DNA of 64,000 bases from Azolla caroliniana (Eukaryota > Plantae > Polypodiophyta), in the NCBI GenBank assembly GCA_043228905.1, contig JBHGNT010000013.1, forward strand, positions 15,190,001 through 15,254,000. Reading direction: 5' to 3'. The translations under genes were made by a program, and so were the position numbers. Below are positions 51,401 to 62,355 of this stretch, piece by piece. Below the pieces are notes generated by a model. That model saw only the letters and a program-made list of their open reading frames with translations. It was not told where the DNA came from and made no database searches. Each line of letters starts with the position of its first letter. The first letter of the stretch is position 1.

Positions 51401-53190
51401 AATACAAGCGATGGAAAGGAAATATAGCGATGGAGGCAGAGATGAAAGGGGGAAAGAGAGCATCAATAAAGATGAAAAGAATAGAGATGGAGAGAGACAA
51501 ATTAACATACAACAGAATGTAGAAATGAAAAGGATGGGGGAAGACAAATGAAAATAGAACCAAATATAATAGGAGTAAAGAAAAGTATGGCGATGGCGAT
51601 GGTGATGGTGATGGTGATATATAGATCTGGTAACAGATGCAGAAAAACAGACCTCGAGGTCTCCATGGCCATCAGGGAACGACTGAGAAGAAGGGACAAA
51701 CTCAACTACATGATCAGCCACAGCGAGCAACCACTCCATCTCTCTCGTCCACATCCTCTTCCTCTCTGCACACAATGGCTCCAACCTCCACATCTCTCCA
51801 AATACGGACGCTGCAATTAGCACGACTTATTCATTAGTGCTATGGATTGCTATATATACTTGTTCATATGTCATAACCAGAAAAAATCTCTGCTTCCTGA
51901 TTATGATCGATGTTGCTGTAAAATTCCTAGTCATTACTTCTGTCTAAGGTTTCACATATGGTAAAACGAAGCATGTGTAACTATTGCCACAGCCAAGGGT
52001 TTCTGAGGTTTCAAACCCAAGCATATATATATATATATATATATTTAACTGTTCCTGCAAATATCCAGAAGTGCGTCCTTTTTTATGATGACAATGATAG
52101 ATCTTACTGTGAAATACTCAGTTATGGCGGGTTTGGGAGAAGATTGTCTAAAATTTAGCTTCTTCTTCTGCTGCTGATTAATATATTTGTTTACTGTTAA
52201 ATTCTGACTCAATGGTTCAGCGTATGTTTGCCAGTTTCCAAAACAAAGCCTATGAATTTGCCATACCCTAGAGTTCCTCATTTTTTAAAAGCAAATGGAT
52301 ATATAATAACTGCGGATGCCATATCCAGAGAGTTTTTCAGCTTTGCATCATATCAAGCTTGCCTGAAAGATTAGTGATGGCGTTGGAAATGGCTAGAGCT
52401 GAGGAGACTCCTTTGGCTCCACCTGACATGTCCTCTCCCAACAGAAGCTTTGCAAACCTCTCTTTCATCAGCTTGACTTCTGGTATAACAGAATCAAAAA
52501 GGTTTTCCATTACGAGGAATCAAGAAGAAACGGAGGTCTGGATACAATGGAAAAAGAATTGCTAGAGTGAGTGAGTGAGAGAGAGAGACCCGACAGATGT
52601 TCGGTAGGCGCCGGCGAAATCTGCGGAAGAGGTGTAGCCGGCTGCGGAAACCTTGCACTTCCAACAGATTTGTGATCCATGCTCCTCCTCAGATGCAAAT
52701 TGCTGCTCAGTAGCGAGGAACTCGTGTCCGAAGAGGTACTATATTCATTAATCACAATGTGTGCCTCCTCCTCCATCTCCTCCTGCATGAGGAGGTGTCT
52801 GCCTGAGGAGAAGGAATCACCATCGCCATCGCCACCATCATTATCATCATCTTCATCATTATCAAGATATAATTCCTTCATTACTCCGCCATTCTGCCGC
52901 AATCTGCCGCCGCCACAAATGCCGCCACTGCCACCGCCTCTACCCGAACTCATCGATGATAACACCCTCTCGCACAATCTCCCATTTTCGGAACTCGAAT
53001 TCATGGACCTCCAACTCAAACCTAATAGTTTGTGTGCAACTTCATCACCATCGCCAGCACCACCACCATCATCATAATCATCATCATCGTCATAATCCTC
53101 TCCATCATGAGCTGAGCTATCATGCTTAGGTCCCATTATTGATCTCCCCATTTTGCCAATATGATGATTTTCGTGCTGGCTTGGGATCAT
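48419..53190 (-). CDS. ROPGEF: Rop guanine nucleotide exchange factor (PRONE domain), 7 exons
   Basis: Exons 53190-52590, 52479-52363, 51810-51653, 51242-51168, 50060-49770, 49634-49212, 48544-48419. Motifs [115 protein letters not shown]. Intron 2 has a GC donor; start codon choice is uncertain. Confidence 0.93.
50848..51122. repeat. 35-36 bp minisatellite in RopGEF intron 4
   Basis: Unit ctaatt(g/t)cc(t)ttgctaatcacctcctttgtttatcc; ~5 good and 2-3 decayed copies. Confidence 0.9.
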
Positions 53191-53227
53191 AAGCCCATTT
53201 CATAAAAAAAAAACTTTGCCAAATCCT

Positions 53228-53327
53228 ACTAATGCTTTTTTTTCTTTAGAGGTCCAATGAAACACATATATATAATATTATATAATTATGTGTTTCATTG
53301 GACCTCTAAAGAAAAAAAAGCATTAGT
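53228..53327. repeat. Perfect 41-bp inverted repeat (hairpin) with AT-only loop
   Basis: actaatgcttttttttctttagaggtccaatgaaacacata (53228-53268) and its reverse complement at 53287-53327. Confidence 0.95.
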
Positions 53328-56228
53328 GTGTGTATATATAATGCATTGGCAACGATGGAATCTTCGTGTTTCGGGTTAAAGTGTTGGGGGGGAAATTTTT
53401 GTTTAGTACTCGGTCGGTGATCGAGATTCCTTTTCATGCATGAGATAGTAGGCACAGACACACTTAAAAAATGCCACAAATCTATGCGAATTTAGTAGAG
53501 ACTTTATCCGATTTTGTTCCTCGCATTCGACAAAATATATGCATTAAAATAAATCTTACCGATGTATGAGGACACACCACTATAGTCTTGAATATTGTAT
53601 TTGATTGTATATTTATTTGTTCGAATCACAACAAAACCCAATGTCGCACAACAACAATGCATGACATAACACAATGCGATGCACGACCTCTTATTTGATG
53701 ATATATGTATCACATATAAGGAGAAGGATTAATAGTAAAACACAATAAAAGACAACTGGTTTCGTATGTGGGCTCTACGAAAGACACATGACTCTGTTGA
53801 TTGCACAAATATGTTTTATTTGTTAGTGCCAATGTGGGCAGACGAGCTTCTCAACAATAACAAACTTGACCACTCATTAGAGACAATGCAAAAATATGCT
53901 ATTCTAATTAATTTGCACCTTCGTTATTCGGATATCACCTTGAACATCGAAATCGAAAATGAGACCAATTCTACATTCAAATGTTTCCATTTAATCATTT
54001 GAATGAATTGATTAGACAGAGGATTTGTCACCTTGTGGTGAAAACTACCTATGTATAAATTTTGAACCATTTAGAAATTTTGAGCAAAAGATAACTAGTA
54101 TAACTTATAAGGTACTTGTTTGTTTGTTTTACACATACTCTCTCTAGCTGAAATTTTAGATTCCACAAATGAAATGTTTGTTTGTTTGTCCAAGCTGGTT
54201 GGAATTTTAGCTAGAGAGAGTATGTGAAATTTTGAGTAATTTTAGATTCCACAAATGAAAACAATTGGAGTTTTCATTGCTGAAAAGGTATTTGTAAACT
54301 TAAATATGTCAGGACATGATTGATCCAGTTGAAACCTTTATTTTCTTGTAAGATTAAGAATGAAAGTAATGTCAAAGATTGACCCATTAGCCTAAGGCCA
54401 AATGACCATGGAGATTGATATCATATCCAACAAGGGACTATGGTATACCAAATCAATTTGCCCTTCTAAATTGTGCATGTGCATCCCTACGAATGAGATT
54501 GTGAGAGGCATGTGTAGTGTGAAATTCATTTGTGCCTTGGGCATTGGGGGTAAAAGTTGGGATGATATTATTATCTCCTACATTCTCCTTGCTTCCTTAA
54601 CTAGTGATGTACTTTCATGATAAGGGGTTTACCCTATGATATCTATTATTGTTGTGGAGCAATTGAGAAGAAGAAACGTGTGCTTTGTTCAAGGATATTG
54701 CATGACAAGATTCAAAGTTATCACCTCCACTCAATCAAAGACATTGCTCTACAAATACCCGAGTAACTATCTACAAGTTCAACAACCAAAAGATTGGATG
54801 AGAATTTAAAATTCATTCCAACCAGCTTGGACAAACTCAGTTAAAAGTACCTTGATATACCACCACCCTTAAATTTAGTGTTTCATCATGGAGGACGGTA
54901 TCACTAACACGTGTAATGTTGTCCTTGATATTGCTTCTCAAATGAATATTTGGAAGAACGTATTCATTGTGGATGATCGAGATTGAGTTTATATATATAT
55001 AATATGTGTGTGTAAACAAGGAGGGGGTGGTGGAGAATGAGATATTGTGTGTATGTGTATGTGTGCGAGTGTGTGCATGTTCTCTCTATTAAAAAGTAGG
55101 CTTTTTATGCAAGACACGTGGGTGATAAGTTCAAAAATGTTTGCCATGTTTATTTATTTGATGTTACATTCTTTCACATATTTGTAACCGCTTCTAAAGT
55201 AGGTCTTATAACTTAGAGGTATTGCTTAGCCTCTTATTCTTTCATGAAAGAATGACAATTCTTAAAAATAATTTAAACGTATTCAAAAAAGGAAAGCTTA
55301 ACCATCGGCTTCATAAAGATTGATTTACATCTCTTTGCTCTATATGGTATTGGAAAGTCTCTTATAAATGCCCTCATGGGTTGACAATTTATATTTGTAG
55401 TGTGAAACAAATAACTCATCTACTCTTTAGGTGACTGGCGATAAAAACATGATATTGGGTTCTTGATATTTCACCCATTCAATGTTGAACGCATGCAAGA
55501 GGCATCTTCCCAAAATAGGTTCATTCATAAGTTTTGATATGAAGACCATTTTGCCCAATGATATTGTTTAAGCAAATACAAACATTGTCATCCCATGTGT
55601 ATGAGTTATAATCTTTGACCTCTCAAACTAAAACTCAATTTTTATATTGAAAATCGAAGTAGGTACATCACTCACAGAATATCCATGTGCCAAGAGGAGC
55701 AAATAGCAAATGTGCATGATGGTCACAATGGGCCTTCCATTTGAGCTCAAGAGGACCTTATGGTTTAATAATCATAAAACATCTATTTGTTTTATTTGAT
55801 AAGCAAAGAATAGCTTGCATGTTTTGACCTTTTTCAAGGTGAACATAAAATATATTGTATTTTAATAGAAGGTTGAAGCTACAAATAGAAAAGTCACAAG
55901 TCTGAATAAGTAATAAATGGCTTGCACTACCCACTTTTTATAGGGTGCACATAAACTATAATCTATTTTTATTAGGACAATGGTGCCAACTTGGAAATTT
56001 TCACAATTTGAAGTGGCAAGTCTCTTATGTCATTTAGCTTTTTATTGAATGGAGTATAGAATATTAGAGTTATGTTAAAAGCTTTTGCTCAGAACATTAC
56101 TTACATTAGTTTAAGCAAACTTCGAACAATTGAACCTCGACGGAGAAAACCAAAATGGTAACCTTACTCATTATAAACTATATAATGATCAACATTCCAT
56201 TAACACCCCACTTCTCCCACCAAAATAT

Positions 56229-56703
56229 TGTAGTAGAGGGGGGATATATCATGGCGAGGTAGGAGAGTGGAGTGAAGGGGTCTTGTGTGGAGATACTGTG
56301 GTGGGAAGTTGCGGCTTATCGGTTAGAAAAAGGTGTACCTATGAATGGGGAGCCGGTCAACGACAAGCGGTGTGGTGCAATGTACCTTGAGAATGACGGG
56401 GATGGGAGGCAAGATACAATAGAAACAAAATACAAGAGTGAATAAGAGGAAAAATGGGAAACAAAGAGAAGCTATGATAGAGAGGAAATTTGCCAAGACT
56501 ATTAGAAAGCAAAGCATGCACAAGGCAGAAGAAAGCTCTATAATTAGGACTCCCCATGGCTAGCCATTGTTGTACACAAGACGAGCTTGGGAAGGATAGT
56601 CGCTTCCTTTCCATCTATTTTGTATTTTGTAGCTGATATGCCTTTTTAAAACTAATGGAAGGATATGTTGCTTAAAAATAAATTAGGACCCCCCATGACA
56701 ACA
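56229..56703. mobile_element. Probable solo LTR
   Basis: Starts TGTAGTAGAGGGGG, ends CCCCCATGACAACA (imperfect terminal inverted repeat), flanked by near-TSD AATAT/AATAC. Confidence 0.6.
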
Positions 56704-58099
56704 AATAACAACCAAAAAGTAAAAACAGAAATAATTGGGTCTAGTTATACACATAACACAACCAAATATTAGGCATATTTACATATATGACATTGACTTA
56801 TGATGACCGAGTTTGAGGGTGCCACTAATAAAAGTCGAGAAAGTCGAAAGGTGGGTTTCCAAGTATACTTAGGTGGTTTGTGTAACAGCGAGGGGGATAT
56901 TAATAAGTGGTTGGCGGTATTTGGTACTCACAATTAGGGACAATGTGGTGTTTCGTACTTTGTGAGGTCACAACTAGGTGTAGGGCAATGTGAGGCAACA
57001 TTCTGGAGTCTCAAGTTGAGGAAGGTGGCGAGTGATTGAGGGGGAATGGTTTTGCATGGCTATCCATGACAATGTTGGGAGCTAAAGCTGGACAATTCCC
57101 GATATATACATGACACATCTGTTCATTACATGAGGCCTTAATCTTCATTGTGCAACTTGATGTTTGACTACATAGAGGAGTCCCTTGGCCTCATATTTTG
57201 GTAGACACGTCTCACATTTGATATACCTTGTCCTTGACCTAATGGACATAATGAGGGTTTATAGCCAAGGGTGTTATCGAACAAGTTTAAATCCTTTCTT
57301 CGTAGTGATGGTGTATATTGATGCTTTGGGTGGCATATCCTTCACATACGTATAACTCCAATGAAACCCATCATTGAAATGTGCACGACCTATCAATGTG
57401 AGCTCTTTTGAGGGCATCAAATCAATTGCTACAAAGGTTAGTCGATCATAATAAATGTTTTCTACATTAATTTCTTCAATTTGTGCACGACCATCAATGA
57501 GATACCCAAGGGTTTTTTCCTTTTATGTCAAATTGAAGGCTACAAGATATTGATTGGGACACCATATTGAGATGGCACACAAATCATAGATATTATGTCC
57601 TATTTCATGGGGGTCTTAAAACATACACAAACCGCGATTGGAAAACAAGTTGTGACACAAAACATGCTCATAAATTATATTTACAAAGAAAAGCTTACAA
57701 CAGTCCCAATTTGGGACAAACCAAAATACGGAGTTGGGACAAAGTCGGGACAACTCCCAAAACAACTAAGGGAGAGAGCACTTCATGCTCCTTTGAGAAA
57801 ATGGTGAATCGGAGAATGAATACGATTAATGGATGATCCTCATTATATAGGCTTAAGATGGTTGTTGGGACTAGCCATTGTGACTCGGTTGTCTTAGACC
57901 AGGGTGATGCATTCTTTGGGATTGGGATTGGGTGAGTTTTGGGACAATGTTTCAGAACAGGGATACCACATTCACTCGCGTCCCATAGAGCTCGAATCCC
58001 ATCAAGCTTACAAACTAGTCACAAGCATTTCCATGGCTTGGGTGTCCACCTCGACTCCTTCGATTCGCTCTCGATTCTCTTATTGGTGTCTCTCGAAGG

Positions 58100-59240
58100 A
58101 GTTTCCTTCACCAATCTTCTTGCCTCACCTCCTGGGTCAAGTCCATCTTCCTTGCATTGCTCTTGGTCCTTTGCTTGTCCACCACAAGCTTGATCTCTTG
58201 CAATGTGGTTCTTTGCGAACGTCCCTCCACCTTAATTTCTTGCTTGACCCTCTCGATCTCGAGCCCTTGTTTTAAGGCCTTATTGGGGTCATTCTTCATC
58301 TATCTCCCCTTCTTGGTCAACCAGTTCAATTGATTGAGTCCACCTTGGTCTTGATCTCGATCTCATGCTTCATGATTCCTTGGGAGGGTGTCTCCCCCCT
58401 TAGTCTGTTGCTCAACCATCTCAACCTAGAGCTCTCTTTCTAAAGCCTTTCGATTCCTTCTTCCTCCTCTTAGTGCTCAACCGCCTTGGTCTCGCTCTCG
58501 GGTTCCGGTTGAGCTGTTTCCACAGCTTGGCTCGTTCATCGTGGTTAAGCCATCAAAGCTGCCTCGACTTGCACTTCAGCGTGGTCTGTTCTTCTTCTTG
58601 TCCTCCAAACTCCACTTGAGCTCTCATATCTTGAGGGGAACCCTTTTCTCACCTCGGGTCTTCATGTTGGGCGGCCTCCCAATCACTTACTCGTTCTACG
58701 ATTTGGATCGCCTTCTCCCAAGTTGTCGGTTCCCATTTCCCGACCTCCTTCCTCGAAGGCTGCAACACGTCAAGAAACACGTGCAAACTCCCAAAATTAA
58801 CCATATAAATTATGTATTCCATCAATCTTTTATGCTTAGAAATGTATAAATTCAGTTTCACAAAATCATGACATAAAAACCTCCATCTATCGGTTATCCT
58901 CGAAGGCTCACCCCTTGGGATGAAATGCTCTCGCACTCATAATAGCTGGAAATGTTCCCAACTTTTAAAGGGCCTGTTATGCCTTTCCGAACGGTACCAA
59001 TCCTTAGTGTTGTCCTCGAGAAACACACCCATACATGTGGCCTCACCCGATACTGGTCCAAATAACATTCCATGTCATTGAGCCACCTCTTTAGTATTGA
59101 GGACTTCCTCGTCCCTCTGTACTCTATTGTGTGGACTTCCTCGTAGCTTCCTTCATGTGGTTCCTCCTCCACGACCCTCTTTTTGGTCCTCTTCAAGCGT
59201 TGCTCCTTCACTTGTTCCATCAAGATTTCTGCAAATTACG
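58100..59240 (-). mobile_element. Degenerate retrotransposon gag-like remnant (Ty3/gypsy-like)
   Basis: EYRGTRKSSILKRWLNDMECYLDQYRV..WVCFSRTTL followed by frameshifted REHFIP..WEKA segments resembles the retrotransposon gag capsid pattern; no pol seen. Confidence 0.5.
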
Positions 59241-59347
59241 CCACCATGATCTCCACTTACCTTTCTTGATCGTGACTAATTACAATTCGCCTCTTTTTCC
59301 ATCTCTTTCTCTTCCCTAACTATTAAGTAAGCAATAAATAACCATAT

Positions 59348-60090
59348 GATTAACTAAATATTTAGTATGAAGTGGTTAAGTTGTGCAAAGAATCGGATAT
59401 GATTCTTGTGCAGTGGAAGAGATGTGTGTTATGTGTATGTGTGAGAGGAAAGAGATGAGAGAAGAGAAAACACAAGATGATTAGATGAAAGAAAAATGAA
59501 GTATTCAAGAAGAAGGTGTATATTAACAAGGAGAATATCAATTACAAAATGTGGCATTACAAGGAATCACAACCGACACTATATGAAGTAGGAGGAATGT
59601 GCTTTATATAAGGTCACCCAGTCTCTTCATTAACTCACTACAACAACTACTCTCTCTTGGGGAATGTGAAGACTCATAGTCATGGGGAATATGGAACTCA
59701 TTAGTTATGTGTCATAGAATATGATTCTATGACACATAATTAATGTGTAGAGAGTAGTGGTGTGACTCTTGACCTTTGAGTGATCATAGATTCGCAAAGG
59801 GTGTGTTCACACACAATGTTAGGTTGAATTGATTCTCAACACACCCCGCAAGCTCAAGTCGGGTCAGTTCCTTTCGGTTGATGTCCGCTTCGGTTGGTAT
59901 CCGGTTCAGACGATATCCGGTTCTCTCTTGTACTCACCCTCAAGTTTGGCAATTCAGGGATCGTCAATCCGTCAATCCAAGGTCTGACATGAATTGCCGA
60001 AGCTTGTCGGATCCTAGGGCTTTGGTGAAGATGTTGGTCGTCTGTAGATTTGTGTTGATGTGTTGAAGGTCTACTTCTCCGGCTTGAACG
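59348..60090 (-). mobile_element. 3' end of a third Ty1/copia element (RNase H tail, PPT, LTR)
   Basis: Minus-strand QAGEVDLQHINTNLQTTNIFTKALGSDKLRQFMSDLGL (~60085-59970), PPT-like AGCTTGCGGGGTG (59854-59842), LTR starting TGTTGAGAAT at 59841 with a TATA-like element at ~59608; left LTR boundary uncertain. Confidence 0.75.
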
Positions 60091-60542
60091 TTGTCATGGT
60101 TTTCCGCGAGTACGTTTTGAAATGTGCAGGACCACGGGGGTCTCGAACCAAGGAGTCAGAGGGAGTGGGAAGAGCAACAATGACGGGGTGCCTGGTCAGT
60201 TACCGAAACTCGGACAATGTATGTATAGGTTCGCAGAGGAAGCCGTGTCATGTAGTTCATAGGTAGAGCAAGGAGGCAGACATGAAGAAACAGAAATAGA
60301 GATAAACCCGGAACGAGAAGAGATCGACCCGAACTATGGGAACGAATAGATTAAGGCAAGCAGAATACAACCGGGCTCGACCGGTAGTAGAGCTGTGCGT
60401 TCTTCGAAACACACCTTCCCTCCACCCACACAATCACTCAGACAGATCAAGGAGCCTCTGGTTGGGAGCTCACGGGCTTCCTGTGTGAGCAGAGGCTTCC
60501 TTACAGAATCGTACGCAAGACAGAGAGAGAGAGATGCCCAGA

Positions 60543-60615
60543 TGGATGTAGCTCAGTTGGTAAGGTTGTCCAATGGAGACCAGGTGGTCATGGGTTCAAC
60601 CCCTACATTCCACAG
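60543..60615 (+). other. tRNA-derived (SINE-head/pseudo-tRNA) sequence
   Basis: A box TAGCTCAGTTGG (~60549) and B box GGTTCAACCC (~60594) at tRNA spacing; cloverleaf stems degenerate. Confidence 0.55.
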
Positions 60616-60666
60616 TGGCATTTAGTGAAATAGAGATATATATGAAGTATATAATAGAGAGGTGAG

Positions 60667-60735
60667 AAAATTGGGTTTCGAACCCAAGACACAGTGCTTG
60701 TAGTGTTATCAACTTACCACTAGGGTAAGCTAATT
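60667..60735 (-). other. Second tRNA-derived head, convergent with the first
   Basis: Minus strand: A-box-like TACCCTAGTGGT, perfect T-arm TTGGG-TTCGAAA-CCCAA, then TTTT. Confidence 0.5.
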
Positions 60736-61000
60736 ACGATAGAGAGAGAGAGAGAAAACGCAAAGTTCGGAGATGTTGGAGAAGGGCAAACACTACGGTG
60801 TCCGTTTCCTTTGTTCTTTAGCTCGTTTCGAAGCTTGCACATAGAGCTTTCTAAAGAGTATCTGCACGTATCATTTGGAGGTCTTGGTAGAACGTTACGA
60901 GTAAAAATTCCATTCGACTGCATGCATCTCATGATCGCTTGCTTTGATTCCTTCTCCAACACAATTACTTGTAAGTGAACTCTCTCCTATTTCTTGTCAT

Positions 61001-62355
61001 ATGGATGGTAGTGTTTTCATGAATATGGATGAGTCTCCAAATTCTTCAAAGGATGCGTGCATGGTTGAGTCAGTATCAAGCCCAAGAGGGGATGGTAAAA
61101 GAAAACGATGTATTGGAGATAATAGTAATGACATGTCTTATGCTGATGCAATGCGACAAGATGATATTGAGAAAGATGATAGTCATTGGGAACATTTAAG
61201 ATGCATGGCAAATATATTAATGGAAGATTGTATAAGGGAGAATGTGAAAGTTGCTGAGGAGTTTGTTGACGATGAAGTGGCTAAGGTAGAAATAGACAAT
61301 AAGGAGTTTTTGGGCTCATTTGCTAATTTTTGTGATAAAGGGGTCATATTGTTTTTCACGGGAAAGATACCTTTCCTTTGGAGGGTCAAACAATGGTTAC
61401 GTGGGATTTTACAAGTTGATTGTGTTCAGGATGTTTATGCTGGTCCTTGTGGATTTTATGAGGTTGTTTTGGTATCACAAGAGTATAAAGAGAAATTACT
61501 CAATAAATTGCCAGTTTTTTATGAGAAAAGTTTGGTTCATATTGTTCTGTGGAGACCATTAGTGGAATATCAAGATATATTAAAGCAAGAGTGTCCCGTA
61601 TGGGTTGAGGTAGAGTGCACATATTCAGTGGTTTGGCCAATATTACGGTCAGCGATGGAAAAGTTGGGAAAGATCTTGGTGCCTCCTAGTGCTAATGCTC
61701 AAAATCGATATTGGATGTGTATTCTTTGGAATACTGCTATAAAGAGGCCAAGTTGTTTACAGATTGCATGTTCTGGTATGCCACCTATGTATTTTCAGCT
61801 TAAATGGGGTACATTTGCAGGACATTGTTTCCATTGTGGTGTGTTGGGGCATTTTATGGCTGAATGTCCTCAAAAAAGAAATAATGTAGTGGAAGTGGTA
61901 CATGAAGAGCCTACAACTCATGATTAGATTCAAGATTTGACAATTTCAGAGCAAACAAAGGAACCACAAATTGTGAATGAGAAGGATGGAAAGACTCTAG
62001 AGGATGAAGGACAACGGTCAATAGTTCTGGAAAGATGAAGAAGTCTAATAAAAATGTTGGGCATAATGTATCTATGGAGAAGGTCACATCGACACATCCC
62101 ATGCGGAATAAACCATGGGCTCGTCAAGAGGACTATCCAAAATAATTATCTTTTGATAATAAAGGTAATTTGTATGTTCCTTGGAATAAACGGAAATCGG
62201 TGCCTCGTTCACATGAGGAGCCATCGGGGTCTATTTTTTTGCATTCCCATAGTAATTCATATGCAATCTTAGGGGATTTATTTCAGGATATGGCAGAAAC
62301 ATTAGCAGTGAAGGAGAAGGAGATTTCTCGAATAAAAGGAAAAAATAAAGTATGA
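61001..62355 (+). pseudogene. LINE ORF1 (DUF4283-like region + CX2CX4HX4C zinc knuckle), disrupted near its 3' end
   Basis: CPVWVE..LGKIL..CFHCGVLGHFMAECP; TAG at 61925-61927 and a frame change before the terminal segment 62170-62355. Confidence 0.8.

Noticed and set aside
5329-53190. Membrane-trafficking/polarity gene cluster (VPS8 + DPF-TPR + RopGEF)
   Set aside because: Interspersed with unrelated housekeeping genes; adjacency alone does not support a functional system
60543-60615. Functional tRNA gene
   Set aside because: D-stem and acceptor stem pair poorly and no clear anticodon arm
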